From Mobula hypostoma (lineage: Eukaryota): a stretch of DNA of 64,000 nucleotides. The stretch is taken from the NCBI RefSeq assembly GCF_963921235.1, contig NC_086097.1, forward strand, positions 216,196,001 to 216,260,000, given 5' to 3'. Below, piece by piece: positions 25,443 to 37,100 of this stretch. Within the stretch, counting starts at the first letter, position 1; each line of letters begins with the position of its first letter. Position numbers and translations under genes: made by a program. Under the pieces are notes generated by a model that did no database searches, had not been told where the DNA came from, and saw only the letters and a list, made by a program, of their open reading frames with translations.

Positions 25443-26044
25443 AAAAATTGCGGATGATATGAAGATAAGTGGAGGGGTAGGTAGTGCTGAGGAAGAAATG
25501 CTAAGAAAGGGTAAAAATGTAGCAGATAGAATACAGTGTTGGGAAATGTATGATAATGCATTTTGGTAAAAGGAACAATAGTGCCAACTATTATCTAAAT
25601 GAGGAGAAGGTTCAAACATCAGAGGTACAGAGAGACTTAGGAGTCCTCGTGCAAGACTCCCAGTAGGTTAATTTACAGATTGAGTCTGTGGTAAGAAGGC
25701 AAGTGCAACATTGGCATTTATTTCAAGGGGAATAGAATATAAAAGCAAGGAGATAATGCTGAGGCTTTATAAGACACTAGTCAGGCCTCACTTGGAGTAT
25801 TATCAACAGTTTTGGGCCCCATAGCTCAGAGAGGATGTGTTGTCATTAGAGAGATTCCAGAGAATGTTCACGAAGATGATTCTGGGAATGATGAGATTAA
25901 CATATGTGAAGCGTTTTCAATTTCCCCCGGGATTAATAAAGTATCACTATGACTATGTACTCAATGGAATTTAGAAGAATGTGTGGGGATCTCATTGAAA
26001 CTTTGCCAAATATTGAAAGGACTAGATAAGGTGTATGTGGAGAG

Positions 26045-28820
26045 GAACCAAGAACTCAAGGACACATCCTCACCTTTCAGAACAGGGGACTGTTTGTTCT
26101 TGTGCTTCCAGACCGTTTGAGCTGACCGGAATTGCACTGAAAGCGGTAAGCGTAAAGGAGGGGGGCTGGCGATTCTGGTAAATAACAGATGGTGCAATCC
26201 TGGGCATATTACGATCAAGGAACGGGTCTGTAGCCCGGATATTGAACTTTTTGCTGTTGGACTCCGGCCATATTATTTGCCAAGGGAAATCTTGCATGCA
26301 ATTGTGGTTGTTGTGTACATCCCTCCCTCCTGACGTCGGCGTGTAACATCATTTACACCATCATAGGCAGATTACAAACCCAGCACCCGACTGCCCTCAT
26401 TACCATCTCGGGTGACTTCAACCAGGTTACCATGGCTAGAACACTGCCCAACTTCACGCAGTATGTGAGCTGTACAACCAGAGGGGAGAGGACTCTGGAT
26501 TTGATGTATGCTAACACTAAGGATGCATACAGCTCCCCTCCCCTCCCCCCATTGGGAAGGTCAGATCACAGCCTGGTGTATCTCAAAACCTGCTATGTGC
26601 CTCTGGTGAAGAGTAAACCTGCAACCTCGATGACAGTGAGGAAATGGTCAGAGGAGGCTTATGAGGCGCTCCAGGGTTGTTTTGAGGTGACAGACTGGCA
26701 GGCACTCTGTGAGCCACATGGAGAGGATATTGATGGGCTCACAGAATGCATCACTGATTACATCAACTTCTGTGTGAACTGCAATGTTCCGACAAGAACT
26801 GTCCTTTGTTATTCAAATAACAAGCCATGGGTAACAAAGGACATTAAGGACATCCTGAACACTAAAAAGAGGGCGTTTAGAGATGGAAATAGGGCGGAGC
26901 TGAGGGCAATACAGAGGGACCTGAAAGCCAGGATCAGGGAGGCTAAAGACAGGTACAGGAGGAAGCTTGAGTGGAAACTCTAGCAGAACAACATGAGAGA
27001 GGTCTGGAGGGGGATGAGGACCATCACTGGCTTCCGGCAAACTAGCAACAGAGGAGCTGAGGGCAGTGTGGACAGGGCCAACGGACTTAACCTGTTCTTT
27101 AACAGATTTGACATCGTGGCCCCTGCCCATCCCCACATGAGTCATCTGCTGTCGGCCCCCGACCAACACATATTCCACTCTCCCATCCTACCCCTCCTCA
27201 CAGTCCCCCACCCTGCTCTCATGACTATACCCCTCCTCCACACAAAACCACCACAGTGAGCTTCACAGCTGAACAGGTGAGAAGACAGCTGAAACGTCTC
27301 AACTCAAGCAAGGCTGCAGGACCGGATGGTATCAGTACCAGGGTGCTCAAAGCCTGTGCCCCTCAGCTATGTGGAGTACTTCACCATGTATTCAACCTGA
27401 ACCTGAGGCTCTGGAGGGTTCCTGTGCTGTTGAAGATGTCCTGCCTCGTCCCTGTGCCAAAGACACCACGCCCCAGCAGCCTCAATGACTACAGACCGGT
27501 GGCATTGACCTCCCACATCATGAAGACCCTGTTCTGGAGCTGCTCCGGCCTATGGTCAGGCCACACTTAGATCCCCTCCAGTTCGCCTACCAGCCCCTAC
27601 TAGGAGTTGAGGATGCCATTGTCTACCTGCTGAACAGTGTCTACGCCCTCCTGGACAAGCCAGAGAGCACTGTGAGGGTCATGTTTTTTGACTTCTCCAG
27701 TGTGTTCAACACCATCCGCCCTGCTCTGCTGGGGGAGAAGCTGACAGCGATGCAGGTGGATGCTCCCCTGATGTTATGGATTCTTGATTACCTGACTGGC
27801 AAACCACAGTACGTGTGCTTGCAACACTGTGTGTCCGACAGAGTGATCAGCAGCACTGGGGCTCCACAGGGGACTGTCTTGTCTCCCTTTCTCTTCACCA
27901 TTTACACCTCGGACTTCAACAACTGCACAGAGTCTTGTCATCTTCAGAAGTTTTCGGATGACTCTGCCATAGCTGGGTGCATCAGCAAGGGAGATGAGGT
28001 CGAGTACAGGGCTACTGTAGGAAACTTTGTCACATGGTGTGAGCAGAATTATCTGCAGCTTAATGTGAAAAAGACTAAGGAGCTGGTGGTAGACCTGAGG
28101 AGAGCTAAGGTACCAGTGACCCCTGTTTTCATCCAGGGGGTCAGTGTGGACATGGTGGAGGATTACAAATACCTGGGGATACATATTGACAATAAACTGG
28201 ACTGGTCAAAGAACACTGAGGCTGTCTACAAGAAGGGTCAGAGCTGTCTCTATTTCCTGAGGAGACTGAGGTCCTTTAACATCTGCCGGACGATGCTGAG
28301 GATGTTCTATGAGTCTGTGGTGGCCAGTGCTATCATGTTTGCTGTTGTGTGCTAGGGCAGCAGGCTGAGGGTAGCAGACACCAACAGAATCAACAAACAT
28401 ATTCGTAAGGCCAGTGATGTCGTGGGGATGGACTCTCTGACGGTGGTGTCTGAAAAGAGGATGCTGTCTAAGTTGCATGCCATCTTGGTCAATGTCTCCC
28501 ATCTACTACATGATGTACTGGGTGGGCACAGGAGTACATTCAGCCAGAGACTCATTCCTCTGAGATGCAGCACAGAGTGTCATAGGAAGTCATTCTTGCC
28601 TGTGGCCATCAAACTTTACAACTCCTCCCTTGGAGGGTCAGACACCCTGTGCCGATAGGCTGGTCCTGGACTTATTTCATAATTTACTGGCATAATTTAC
28701 ATAGTACTATTTAACTTTTTATGGTTCTATTACTATTTATTATTTATGGTGCAACTGTAACGAAAACCAATTTCCCCCTGGGATCAGTAAAGTATGACTA
28801 TGACTACTTTGACTATGACT
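26045..28820 (+). mobile_element. Rex1/Babar LINE with APE endonuclease and RT, disrupted
   Basis: APE motifs GGGLAILVNNRWC, VVVYIPP, SGDFN, TLDLMYAN and LGRSDH. RT motifs QFAYQP, FFDFSSVFNT, GAPQGTVLSP and KFSDDS. Several stops and frameshifts. (TATGAC)n tail. Confidence 0.95.
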
Positions 28821-29169
28821 GTTTGTTAGCCAGAGAGTAGTGAAGCAGTGGAATTCTCCGCCACAGACTGCAGTGGAGGCGAAGTTCACGGATATATTTA
28901 AAATGGAAGTTGATCATTCCCTGATTGGTCAGGGCATCAAAGGATATGGTGAGAAGGCAGGTGTACAGGGTTGAGTAGGATCTGGAATCAGCCATGATAG
29001 AATGGCGGAGCAGACTCGATGGACTGAATGGCCTAATTCTGCTTCTATGTCTTATGGTCTTGTGGTCTTAAATGCAACCACAGTTGAAGTTATTGCAGTT
29101 TTGACTTTGCCAGGGCTGGGATTACACTGGAAATGAATACAAGAAGTGCAAAATATGTCCAAAGTCATT

Positions 29170-29850
29170 GAAATGTTGGATATGTTCAGCAGACCAGGCT
29201 ACATTTGTAGGAAGAGAAACAGTCAAGCTTTCATTTTGGAAACACACTTATAATGAAATGATAATGAACTTAAAAAGAGACAAGAGGAGCTCGTAAAGCT
29301 GGAAGGATAGTGGAGGAGGGAATGTCTTTGATAGGGTGAAACCTGGAGTACCATGGAGATGAATTGTAAACAGATTGCCTAGGCAATGAACGAGTGGGAG
29401 AAGTTAGAGGGTGAGAGCACAGGCTAAAGAATGTGGGAGTGCAGAGCAGAGAGGCAAACTGAACAGGATAGGCTAGACGTCTCCTTTACATCCAGAGAAG
29501 GATAAAAAGAGTAAGGAAAATGTTGAGCTAATATTACAGAAAGATGACTAACATAATGAAAAATCAAGTGAACTGGAGATGTAGGATTAAGTATTGAGTC
29601 CTGCAGGGTGCAATGTGCCCAGAAAGAAGCTGAGGTGCTTTTCCTTACACTTGCGTTAGGCTTCACTGTGAAGTAAGGAGGTCACAGACCAATATGTCAG
29701 TGTGGGAGGATTGGGAAATGAAGCAATGGGCAATGAGGAGGTTTGGTGCACGGGTCAGTGGAATCCTGCCCAGTGCCAGCCTGACTTGCTGAGTATTTAT
29801 AGCATTTTCTACCTTTGTTTTAAGATTCCCAGCATCTGTAGATTTGTTAT
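29170..29850. mobile_element. Highly decayed Penelope-like terminal remnants in opposite orientations
   Basis: 29170-29740 resembles the reverse complement of the PLE 3' region. 29775-29845 (CCTGACTTGCTGAGT...AGATTCCCAGCATCTG) is in the forward orientation. Confidence 0.45.
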
Positions 29851-31182
29851 TGATTTTTGATTTTCAGATCCATAATCAAAATTTGTACATAAATAACTCC
29901 TGAAAATAGTTGCAAATGGATTTTGGTTCCCAGTCCATTCTTTGGTCAGCCCAGCCCAATCTGTCTATTAACCATACTCTCAGCTCAATCCGCCTTCTCC
30001 TCTCAGCTTGGTCATGCCAAGCCAAGGGATCAATGTTAAAACCCTTCCATCGTCAAATCCCCACCCTTTCTCTTCCAATTGTTCCTGAGATTGGGGGTTT
30101 TAACATTTCCTAAACTATGTAAATGATGCTAATATTTTCTTATGGCAAGAATAATTCTTTAAATTTTTCAATATTTGGTTTCTTACTAACGTAAGATATT
30201 AGGTACTGGGCTCATACTGTTTGGAAAAGTGAACTGATTGAAGTTTTCAATACCATAAGGAGAATTAGAAAAATGTATCCAAGCAAATTGCTCATGCTTG
30301 TGACAGACTCATTAGTGGGGAAAGCAAACTGAAGATCTGAATGAGCATACCTTTCTGGAACAGATTTGTGGAATCTATTAATGACTCTATATAGGGATAT
30401 GGAGGGCTATGGGCCCGGTGCAGGTCGATGGGAGCAGGCAGTTTTAATGGTTTCAGCATGGACTAGATGGGCCGAAGAGCCTGCTTCTGTGCTGTACTTC
30501 TCTATGACTCTAAGTCAGCAAGAAAGGCAAACAAAATAAATATGATTGTTGGGGAAAAAGGATAATCATTTACATTTTTTGAAAAAAAAAGAATTTGAGG
30601 TCTACTTAACTGGTGGAGTTGATGTCTGCAACAATTAAGGTCCTGTTGCACCTAATATTCATTGTTTTCTGTTCCTAAAGTTGCAAGGCAGGAACAATAC
30701 TCATGTTCTGCTATTACTCAACCAGAATCTTATGTAAATATCTTCAAGAGTCACTTCACCTTTTTCACACCCAGCCTCAACATTTCTGTTATTTTTGTCA
30801 TAGGTAATACCATGAATATAACGCAACTCATTACATGATCATCTAAAATCAAAGTTATTTCCCAATAATATCTACCCAGAGGATAATCAGGGTGCATGGA
30901 ATGTGTTTCAGCCATTCAGCACAATCCTGTGAGAGAACAAAGCTGGAAATAATAAATCATGTTTCAAAGGCTTGGAAGGAAGCCTGAATTCGCAAGCTGA
31001 TTTATTTCCTAAAGTTCTTTTGAAATATGTTGCAACAAGTCACAACCCACTTTCCACCCCACCTAGGTTATTACTAGACATACATTCTTGAAGGTGAAGC
31101 AGAAAATCATTCATTTATCTGATGAAAATATTCATATAATTGACGGACAGAACAAAGGGTATATTTATGTCATTCCCTTACA

Positions 31183-31935
31183 CAGAAACATAGAAAATCT
31201 ACAGCACACTACAGGCTCTTCAGCCCACAAAGCTGTGCCGAACATGTACTTACTTTAGAAATTACCTAGGGTTACCCATAGCCCTCTATTTTTCTGAGCT
31301 CCATGTAGCCATCCAGGAGTCTCTTAAAAGACCCTATTGGTTCCACCTCCACCACTGCCGCCGGCAGCCCATTCCACACACTCACCACTCTCCGCGTAAA
31401 AAACTTGCCCTTAACATCTCCTCTGCACCTATCTCCTAGTGCCTTAAAACTGTGCCCTCTCGAGCTAGCCATTTCAGCCCTGGGAAAAAGCCTCTGATGA
31501 TCAACAGGATCAATGCCTCTCATCGTTTTATACACCTCTGTCAGATCACCTCTCATCCTCCGTCGTTCACTCAACCTATTCTCATAAGACATGCTTGCAT
31601 CCTTGTAAATCTCCTCTGCATCCTTTCTATGGTTTCCACATCCTTCCAGAACTGAGCACAGTACTCCAAGTGGGGTCTGACCAAGGTCCTGTATAGCTGC
31701 AACATTACCTCTCTGCTCCAAAACTCAATCCCACGACTGATGAAGGCCAATACACCATATGCTTTCTTAACCAGAGAGTCAACCTGCACAGCAGCTTTGA
31801 GTGTCCTATGGACTCAGACCCCAAGATCTCTTTGATCCGCCACACTGCCAAGAGTCTTACCATTAATACTATATCCTGCCATCATATTTGACCTACCAAA
31901 ATGAACCTCTTCACATCTTATCTGGGTTGATGAAC
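31183..31935 (-). mobile_element. CR1 LINE 3' portion
   Basis: ORFs 31571-31789 and 31272-31721 closely match 994-1546. The tail is at 31183. Confidence 0.93.
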
Positions 31936-32156
31936 TCTGAGGAGTCTATCTAGTGATATAAGAGAAAAAAAGATCTGCTTAGTGACAAAGTGCCCCTCAA
32001 TTAGCATGAGAGTTCAGATGAGATTCAAAATTCCTGTTAGTTATTCTGCTTAAGAACTGTAATTATGACAAGTCTTCATTATCAGACAGAGCTAAATACT
32101 TTTTATTTCATCTTGTTCAGTTATAATGAACTTGTGTAATTAAAATACAATAAAAT

Positions 32157-32545
32157 TGTTACACAAGCTTGGCGGTGGACGAACCCAAGTGCAGAACACA
32201 GGCGCAGGGGCAGAGTCAGGAGGCATTATTGCCATAGCGAGCATGGAATCAGTTTCCAGGAGAGCCTTTACCCAAAGTCTTGGGTTTGGAGAGAATCCAG
32301 GAGCAATGCTAGACTTAGAACTAACAGTCCTAAGAACCATTAAACGAGGTTACTCACATCAGAGTCAACCAGCAAACTGGCAGCTCTTTGCTGTGATCAC
32401 AGGGTCTTCATCCTGCATTTTCTGATGGGAAGCAGGTGTGTGTAGTTAGTGGAACCTGGGAATGATTGGAAATTCAATGAGGGGACTGAGGCCCAATTCC
32501 TGAGGTAAATAGTAAGGTGGGGGATTGCCAGAAGGGTCCATGACA
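32157..32545. mobile_element. Solo LTR (Gypsy, probably sushi-type)
   Basis: TGTTA...TGACA termini with a perfect 5-bp TSD AAAAT (32152-32156, 32546-32550). GAACCCAAGTGCAG resembles GACCCAAACACAAAG in the LTR at 40611. Confidence 0.75.
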
Positions 32546-33952
32546 AAAATAGGCTTTAAAATAAGAGCAATATTAATAAGTTAAAGATCACAGATTGAAC
32601 ATTGTTAGGATTTTTAAAAAATGTTTTCTTTCTAGAATTGTGCCACAGGTAGCACAGTGGGAGTGTCCCCTTCTGAGTACTTAAAAGGGTTTTCAAAGAG
32701 GAGAAATTCAAACTGTGTATAAAATTTGAAAAAGAAACACCTGAAAAGTAGATCACTTGAGCACTATAACATAGAACATAGAAATCTATATCACATTACA
32801 GGCCCTTCGGCCCACAATGCTGTACCAACCACGTAACCTACTCTAGAGACTACTTAGAATTACCCTACCACATTACGCTCTCTTTTTCTGAGCTCCATGT
32901 ACCTATCTAAGAGTCTCTTAAAAGACCCTATTGTATCCACCTCCACCACCGTGGCCGGCAGCCCAATCCACGCATACACCACTCTTTATGTGAAAAACTT
33001 ACCCCTGACATCCCCTCTATACCTATGCCCCCCATGTTAGCCATTTCAGCCCTAGAAAAAGCCTCTGGCTATATACACGATCAATGTCTCTCATCATCTC
33101 ATACACCGCTATCAGGTCACCTCTCATCCTCCGACGCTCCAAGGAGAAAAGGCCAAGTTCACTCAACCTATTCTCACAAGGCATGCTCTTTAATCCAGGC
33201 AACATCCTTGTAAATCTCCTCTGCACTCTTTTTATAGTATCTACATTCTTCCTGTAGTGAGGTGACAAGAACTAAACACAGTACTCCAGGAGGGGACTGA
33301 CCAAGGTTTATATAGCTGTAATGTTACCTCACGGCTCTTGAACAAAATTCCTTGGTTGATGAATGCCAACCCACCATATGCCTTCTTAACAAACTGTCAA
33401 CCTGCGCAGCAGCTTTGAGTGTCTTAGGGACATGGACCCCAAGATCTCTCTGATCCACCACACTGCCAAGAATCTTACCATTAATACTATACACTGTCTT
33501 CAAATTTTACCTACCAAAATTAACCACTTCACACTTATCTGGGTCGAATTCCACCTGCCTTTTCTCAGCCCAGTTGTGCATCCTATTGATGTCCCACTGT
33601 AACCTCTGACAGCCCTCCAGACTATCCACAACACCCCCAACCTTTATGTCATCATCAAACTTACTAACCCACCCTTCTACTTCCTCATCCAGGTCATTTA
33701 TAATAATCACAAAGAGGAGGGGTCGCAGAGCAGATCCCTGTGGAACGTCACTGGTCACCGACCTCCATACAGAATACAAACCATCTACAATCATCCTTTG
33801 CTTTCTGTGGGCAAGCCAATTCTGGATCCACAAAGCAAGATCTTATTGGATCCCATGCCTCCTTACTTTCTGAATGAGTCTTGCCTGGGGAACCTTATCA
33901 AATGCCTTACTGAAATCCATATACACTACAATCACTACTCTACCTTCATCAA

Positions 33953-34182
33953 GCAACACATATCAAAGTTGCTGGTGAACGCAGCAGGCCAAGCAGCATC
34001 TATAGGAAGAGGCGCAGTCGACGTTTCAGGCCGAGACCCTTCGTCAGGACTGACGAAGGGTCTCGGCCTGAAACGTCGACTGCGCCTCTTCCTATAGATG
34101 CTGCTTGGCCTGCTGCGTTCACCAGCAACTTTGATGTGTGTTGCTTGAATTTCCAGCAACTGCAGAATTCCTGTTGTTTGCG
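33953..34182. mobile_element. Short Penelope-like insertion made of two inverted terminal repeats
   Basis: Palindrome with 99-bp arms (33949-34047 / 34050-34148, one mismatch). Flanking direct repeat TCTACCTTCATCAA (33939-33952, 34183-34196). It is homologous to the PLE end at 63511-63610. Confidence 0.9.
34015..34052 (-). ncRNA. Minimal type I hammerhead ribozyme motif (PLE-associated)
   Basis: Minus strand reads CAGUC-CUGACGA-AGG-GUCUCGG-CCU-GAAA-CG-UC-GACUG. The core is intact, with a 5-bp stem I, a 3-bp stem II and palindromic ACGU in place of stem III. Confidence 0.85.
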
Positions 34183-37100
34183 TCTACCTTCATCAATGTG
34201 TTTCGTTCTTCAACTAATTCAATCAGGCTCGTAAGGCACGGCCTGCCCTTGACAAAGGTATGCTGACTATCCTTAATCAGATTGTGTCTTTCCAAATGCT
34301 TATAAATCCTGCCTCTCAGGATCTTCCAACAACTTGCCCAACACTGAAGTAAGACTCCCTGGTCTATAATTGCCTGGGTTATCTCTACTCCCTCTCTTGA
34401 ACAAGGAAACAACATTTGCAACCCTCCAATCCTCTGGTACTTCTCCCATCCCTATTGATGATGCAAAGATCATCGCCAGAGGCTCAGCAATCTCCTTTCT
34501 CACTTCCCACAGTAGCTTGGGGTATATCTCGTCTGGTCCTGGTGACTTATCTAACTTGCAGAGCAGATTCAATGGGGTGAATGGCCTACTTCTGCTCCTA
34601 TATCTTATGGTCTTAATGCTTTTCATAAGTTCCAGCACATCCTCTTTCTTAACATCTATACACTCAAGTGTATCAGTCCACTGTAAGTCATTCCCATGAT
34701 TGCCAAGGCCCTTTTCACTGGTGAAAACTGAAGCAAAGTTTTCATTTAATACCTCTGTTACCCGCCCCAACTCCATGCACACGTTTCCACTATTGCACCT
34801 GATCGGTTTTATTCTCACGCACCCAATAATGTTCAGTATATCCGGAATTTTATTAACCTGAAGCAGTTTGAGATTTACAGAAGATCTTGTGCAATTCAAT
34901 GCCTGTTTCATCTTGCCTTAAGGAATTTGGCTCTTTGGGATGGAAGGTTAACAGCTCAAGAAGTCAAGCAGGACTGAGGTTCCCTCCGAAAGACTGAAGA
35001 ATACAATATCTGTTCGTTGTATTGAAATCTCCACGGTAATTGGTAACGCCAACTTCTTGTGAATCACGTCTCAGAAATGAAAAAACACCCAAAGTTAAAT
35101 ACCATATTACCATTAAATCCAATTCAGTGAGGAAAGCAGAAAAAGATGTATTTGGTTACCTCAGCCATGACCTGAATCTGAACTCCTTTTGACAATTGAA
35201 AACAGCAAGCTAATGAATTCAGTTCTAAAGAGAAAAAAAGATTTCTCATCCCCACCTAATTATAGGTTTATGTTTCTAAGTCAAGTCATCAGGATAAAAT
35301 AAAAACATCTGCTGATGTCATCAACCAGCTCGGAGATTGACAGTTAAGTTAGGCTTAAGTTTAGCTACTTGACGCAATTGCATGTAAGTGCAAAGAACGT
35401 TTAAATGTTTTGGCATGTTGCAAGACTTTGAATAAGTAAATTCATTAATTGCGTTTTAACAGCATTGCATGGCAAGCCTGAAAATAAAAATAAATTGCCC
35501 ATTACTGATATTTTTATTACCCAATTAAATTGAAAGGTGTTAAATGTAATTTTATTCTAACATCTGTCCTAGTTCATTACAACTTGAGAAGGATCTCAAT
35601 TTTCAAATCCCTCTCTAATTTCAGCATTATATATATATATACTATGCACCAGTTGCCATTTCGTTTAGCTCACCTCAGGGTTCTAACATGGAGAAGTATC
35701 ACCTAATTTGGTAATTAAATATACCCATGTGGTGACTGTGTGAGAGAAAGATAGTTACTGCATCCAATGCAGGTGGCTGATGCTGTGGGAAAATGAACCA
35801 CTCCCTTCAAACCAACAGCAACTTTTTTGTGTTATTGGGCTTGAGGCATTGGCTGTCAGTATTGTTTAAAGAGAATCCCTTATGATCCACTCCTTAATTA
35901 ATTGCAACGTTTGTTGATTCTGTACTGATTCAGAGAGCTCCCTGGTGAGTGTTTTGGGTATTCAGGAATGTTTTGACAGAGAATTTTATTTGCAGCCTTT
36001 CAATTCCCAAGATGATTTTTTATTGTCACAGATATGGAAAGAGTGAAAAAAAAGGAACTTTGAAAGGCAATAATAATCTAATTATTTTAAATTCAAATGA
36101 AATATTGACGTTTCTCTATAGAATTATTTAAAACAAGTACCTGGAATCATACCGATTGACAGTTAGCATCTAATAGACTGGGGAAAAATGCAAAATTGAT
36201 ACAAGATCATTGGAATTTTTTTTCTACTTATACTCCAGTGAAACACTTTGGGTATATTCTTTACAAACTATGTAAAAATAAAGTGCTTAGGTGGTCCCCA
36301 TCTGAAATAATAATTAACTGAAAATCTTGTTAGAACTATGGCAAATTTCAAAATAATTTTATATGATAACTCACTTACTCCTTAAACCCATCAAACGATC
36401 AGGAAAAAAAATGTGCACATTTCAATCAAAGTGCGCAAAATCGCTTTAGAATATCACAGAATATTCCTGAAAAAAAGCTGCATGGCTTTTCCTATCCATT
36501 TCTGATTTGACTTTCAATACGATCATTGGCTCTAAGTCTTCTAGTTGGAGGTTGCGTTTTTTTTTAACTAGCAATACCGCCCAAACAAATGAATTAATCT
36601 CTGGTTAAACTTCACAAAATTTCATATCTTTTTGCAAACATTGCAGAAGACAGGATGGTTAAAAACAATTTACACAACTTTTTCAAAGCAGAATAGAAGG
36701 ATGGTAAAATCATATCGATTCAAAAGAGAATAAAATTAAAATATGGCAGCACTGGTCATCAAAGATTTGATACAATATGCCCCAAACACAGGGACTAGCC
36801 AGGTTGTGCACAGTGGTCCTTATATGATGTGATAATATGTTTGCAGCTTCCAAGCACATAACTATTCTGTCAGCAAAATGACATGGCTCCTTGTCCTCAG
36901 TACTCATATCGGAGACGTCTCAGACCATCTGCAGATTAACATTTTAGCCATGCTATCATTTATTTTAGACATGGCTATTCCTTATTGATCTTATTTCCCA
37001 TCCTCCATAAATTCAAAAAAAAATACAAAGCCCTGCAGGCATATCTGAATTGATACAACCCCAGTTCCCAGGATCCTGGCTGCGTGCAGATTGTGGTCCC

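Larger units (their letters stand above)
23780..29070 (+). mobile_element. CR1 LINE ORF2 and tail, split by Rex1 insertions
   Basis: ORF 23957-24157 (PEDWKMAKVTPLFKRG..NYRPVSLTS). CR1 sequence continues at 25443-26045 and 28820-29070 (tail TCTTATGGTC). A short Rex1 tail also sits at about 25918-25958. Confidence 0.85.
32765..34820 (-). mobile_element. CR1 LINE ORF2 and tail with nested insertions
   Basis: ORFs 34300-34911, 33507-33833 (VPQGSALRP, KFDDD) and 33023-33268. It contains the PLE insert at 33953-34182 and an opposite-strand CR1 tail at about 34560-34616. Confidence 0.93.

Noticed and set aside
34300..34911. 203-aa ORF considered as a novel fusion protein
   Set aside because: It is CR1 ORF2 sequence that stays open by chance through a small inserted CR1 tail and into flanking unique DNA.
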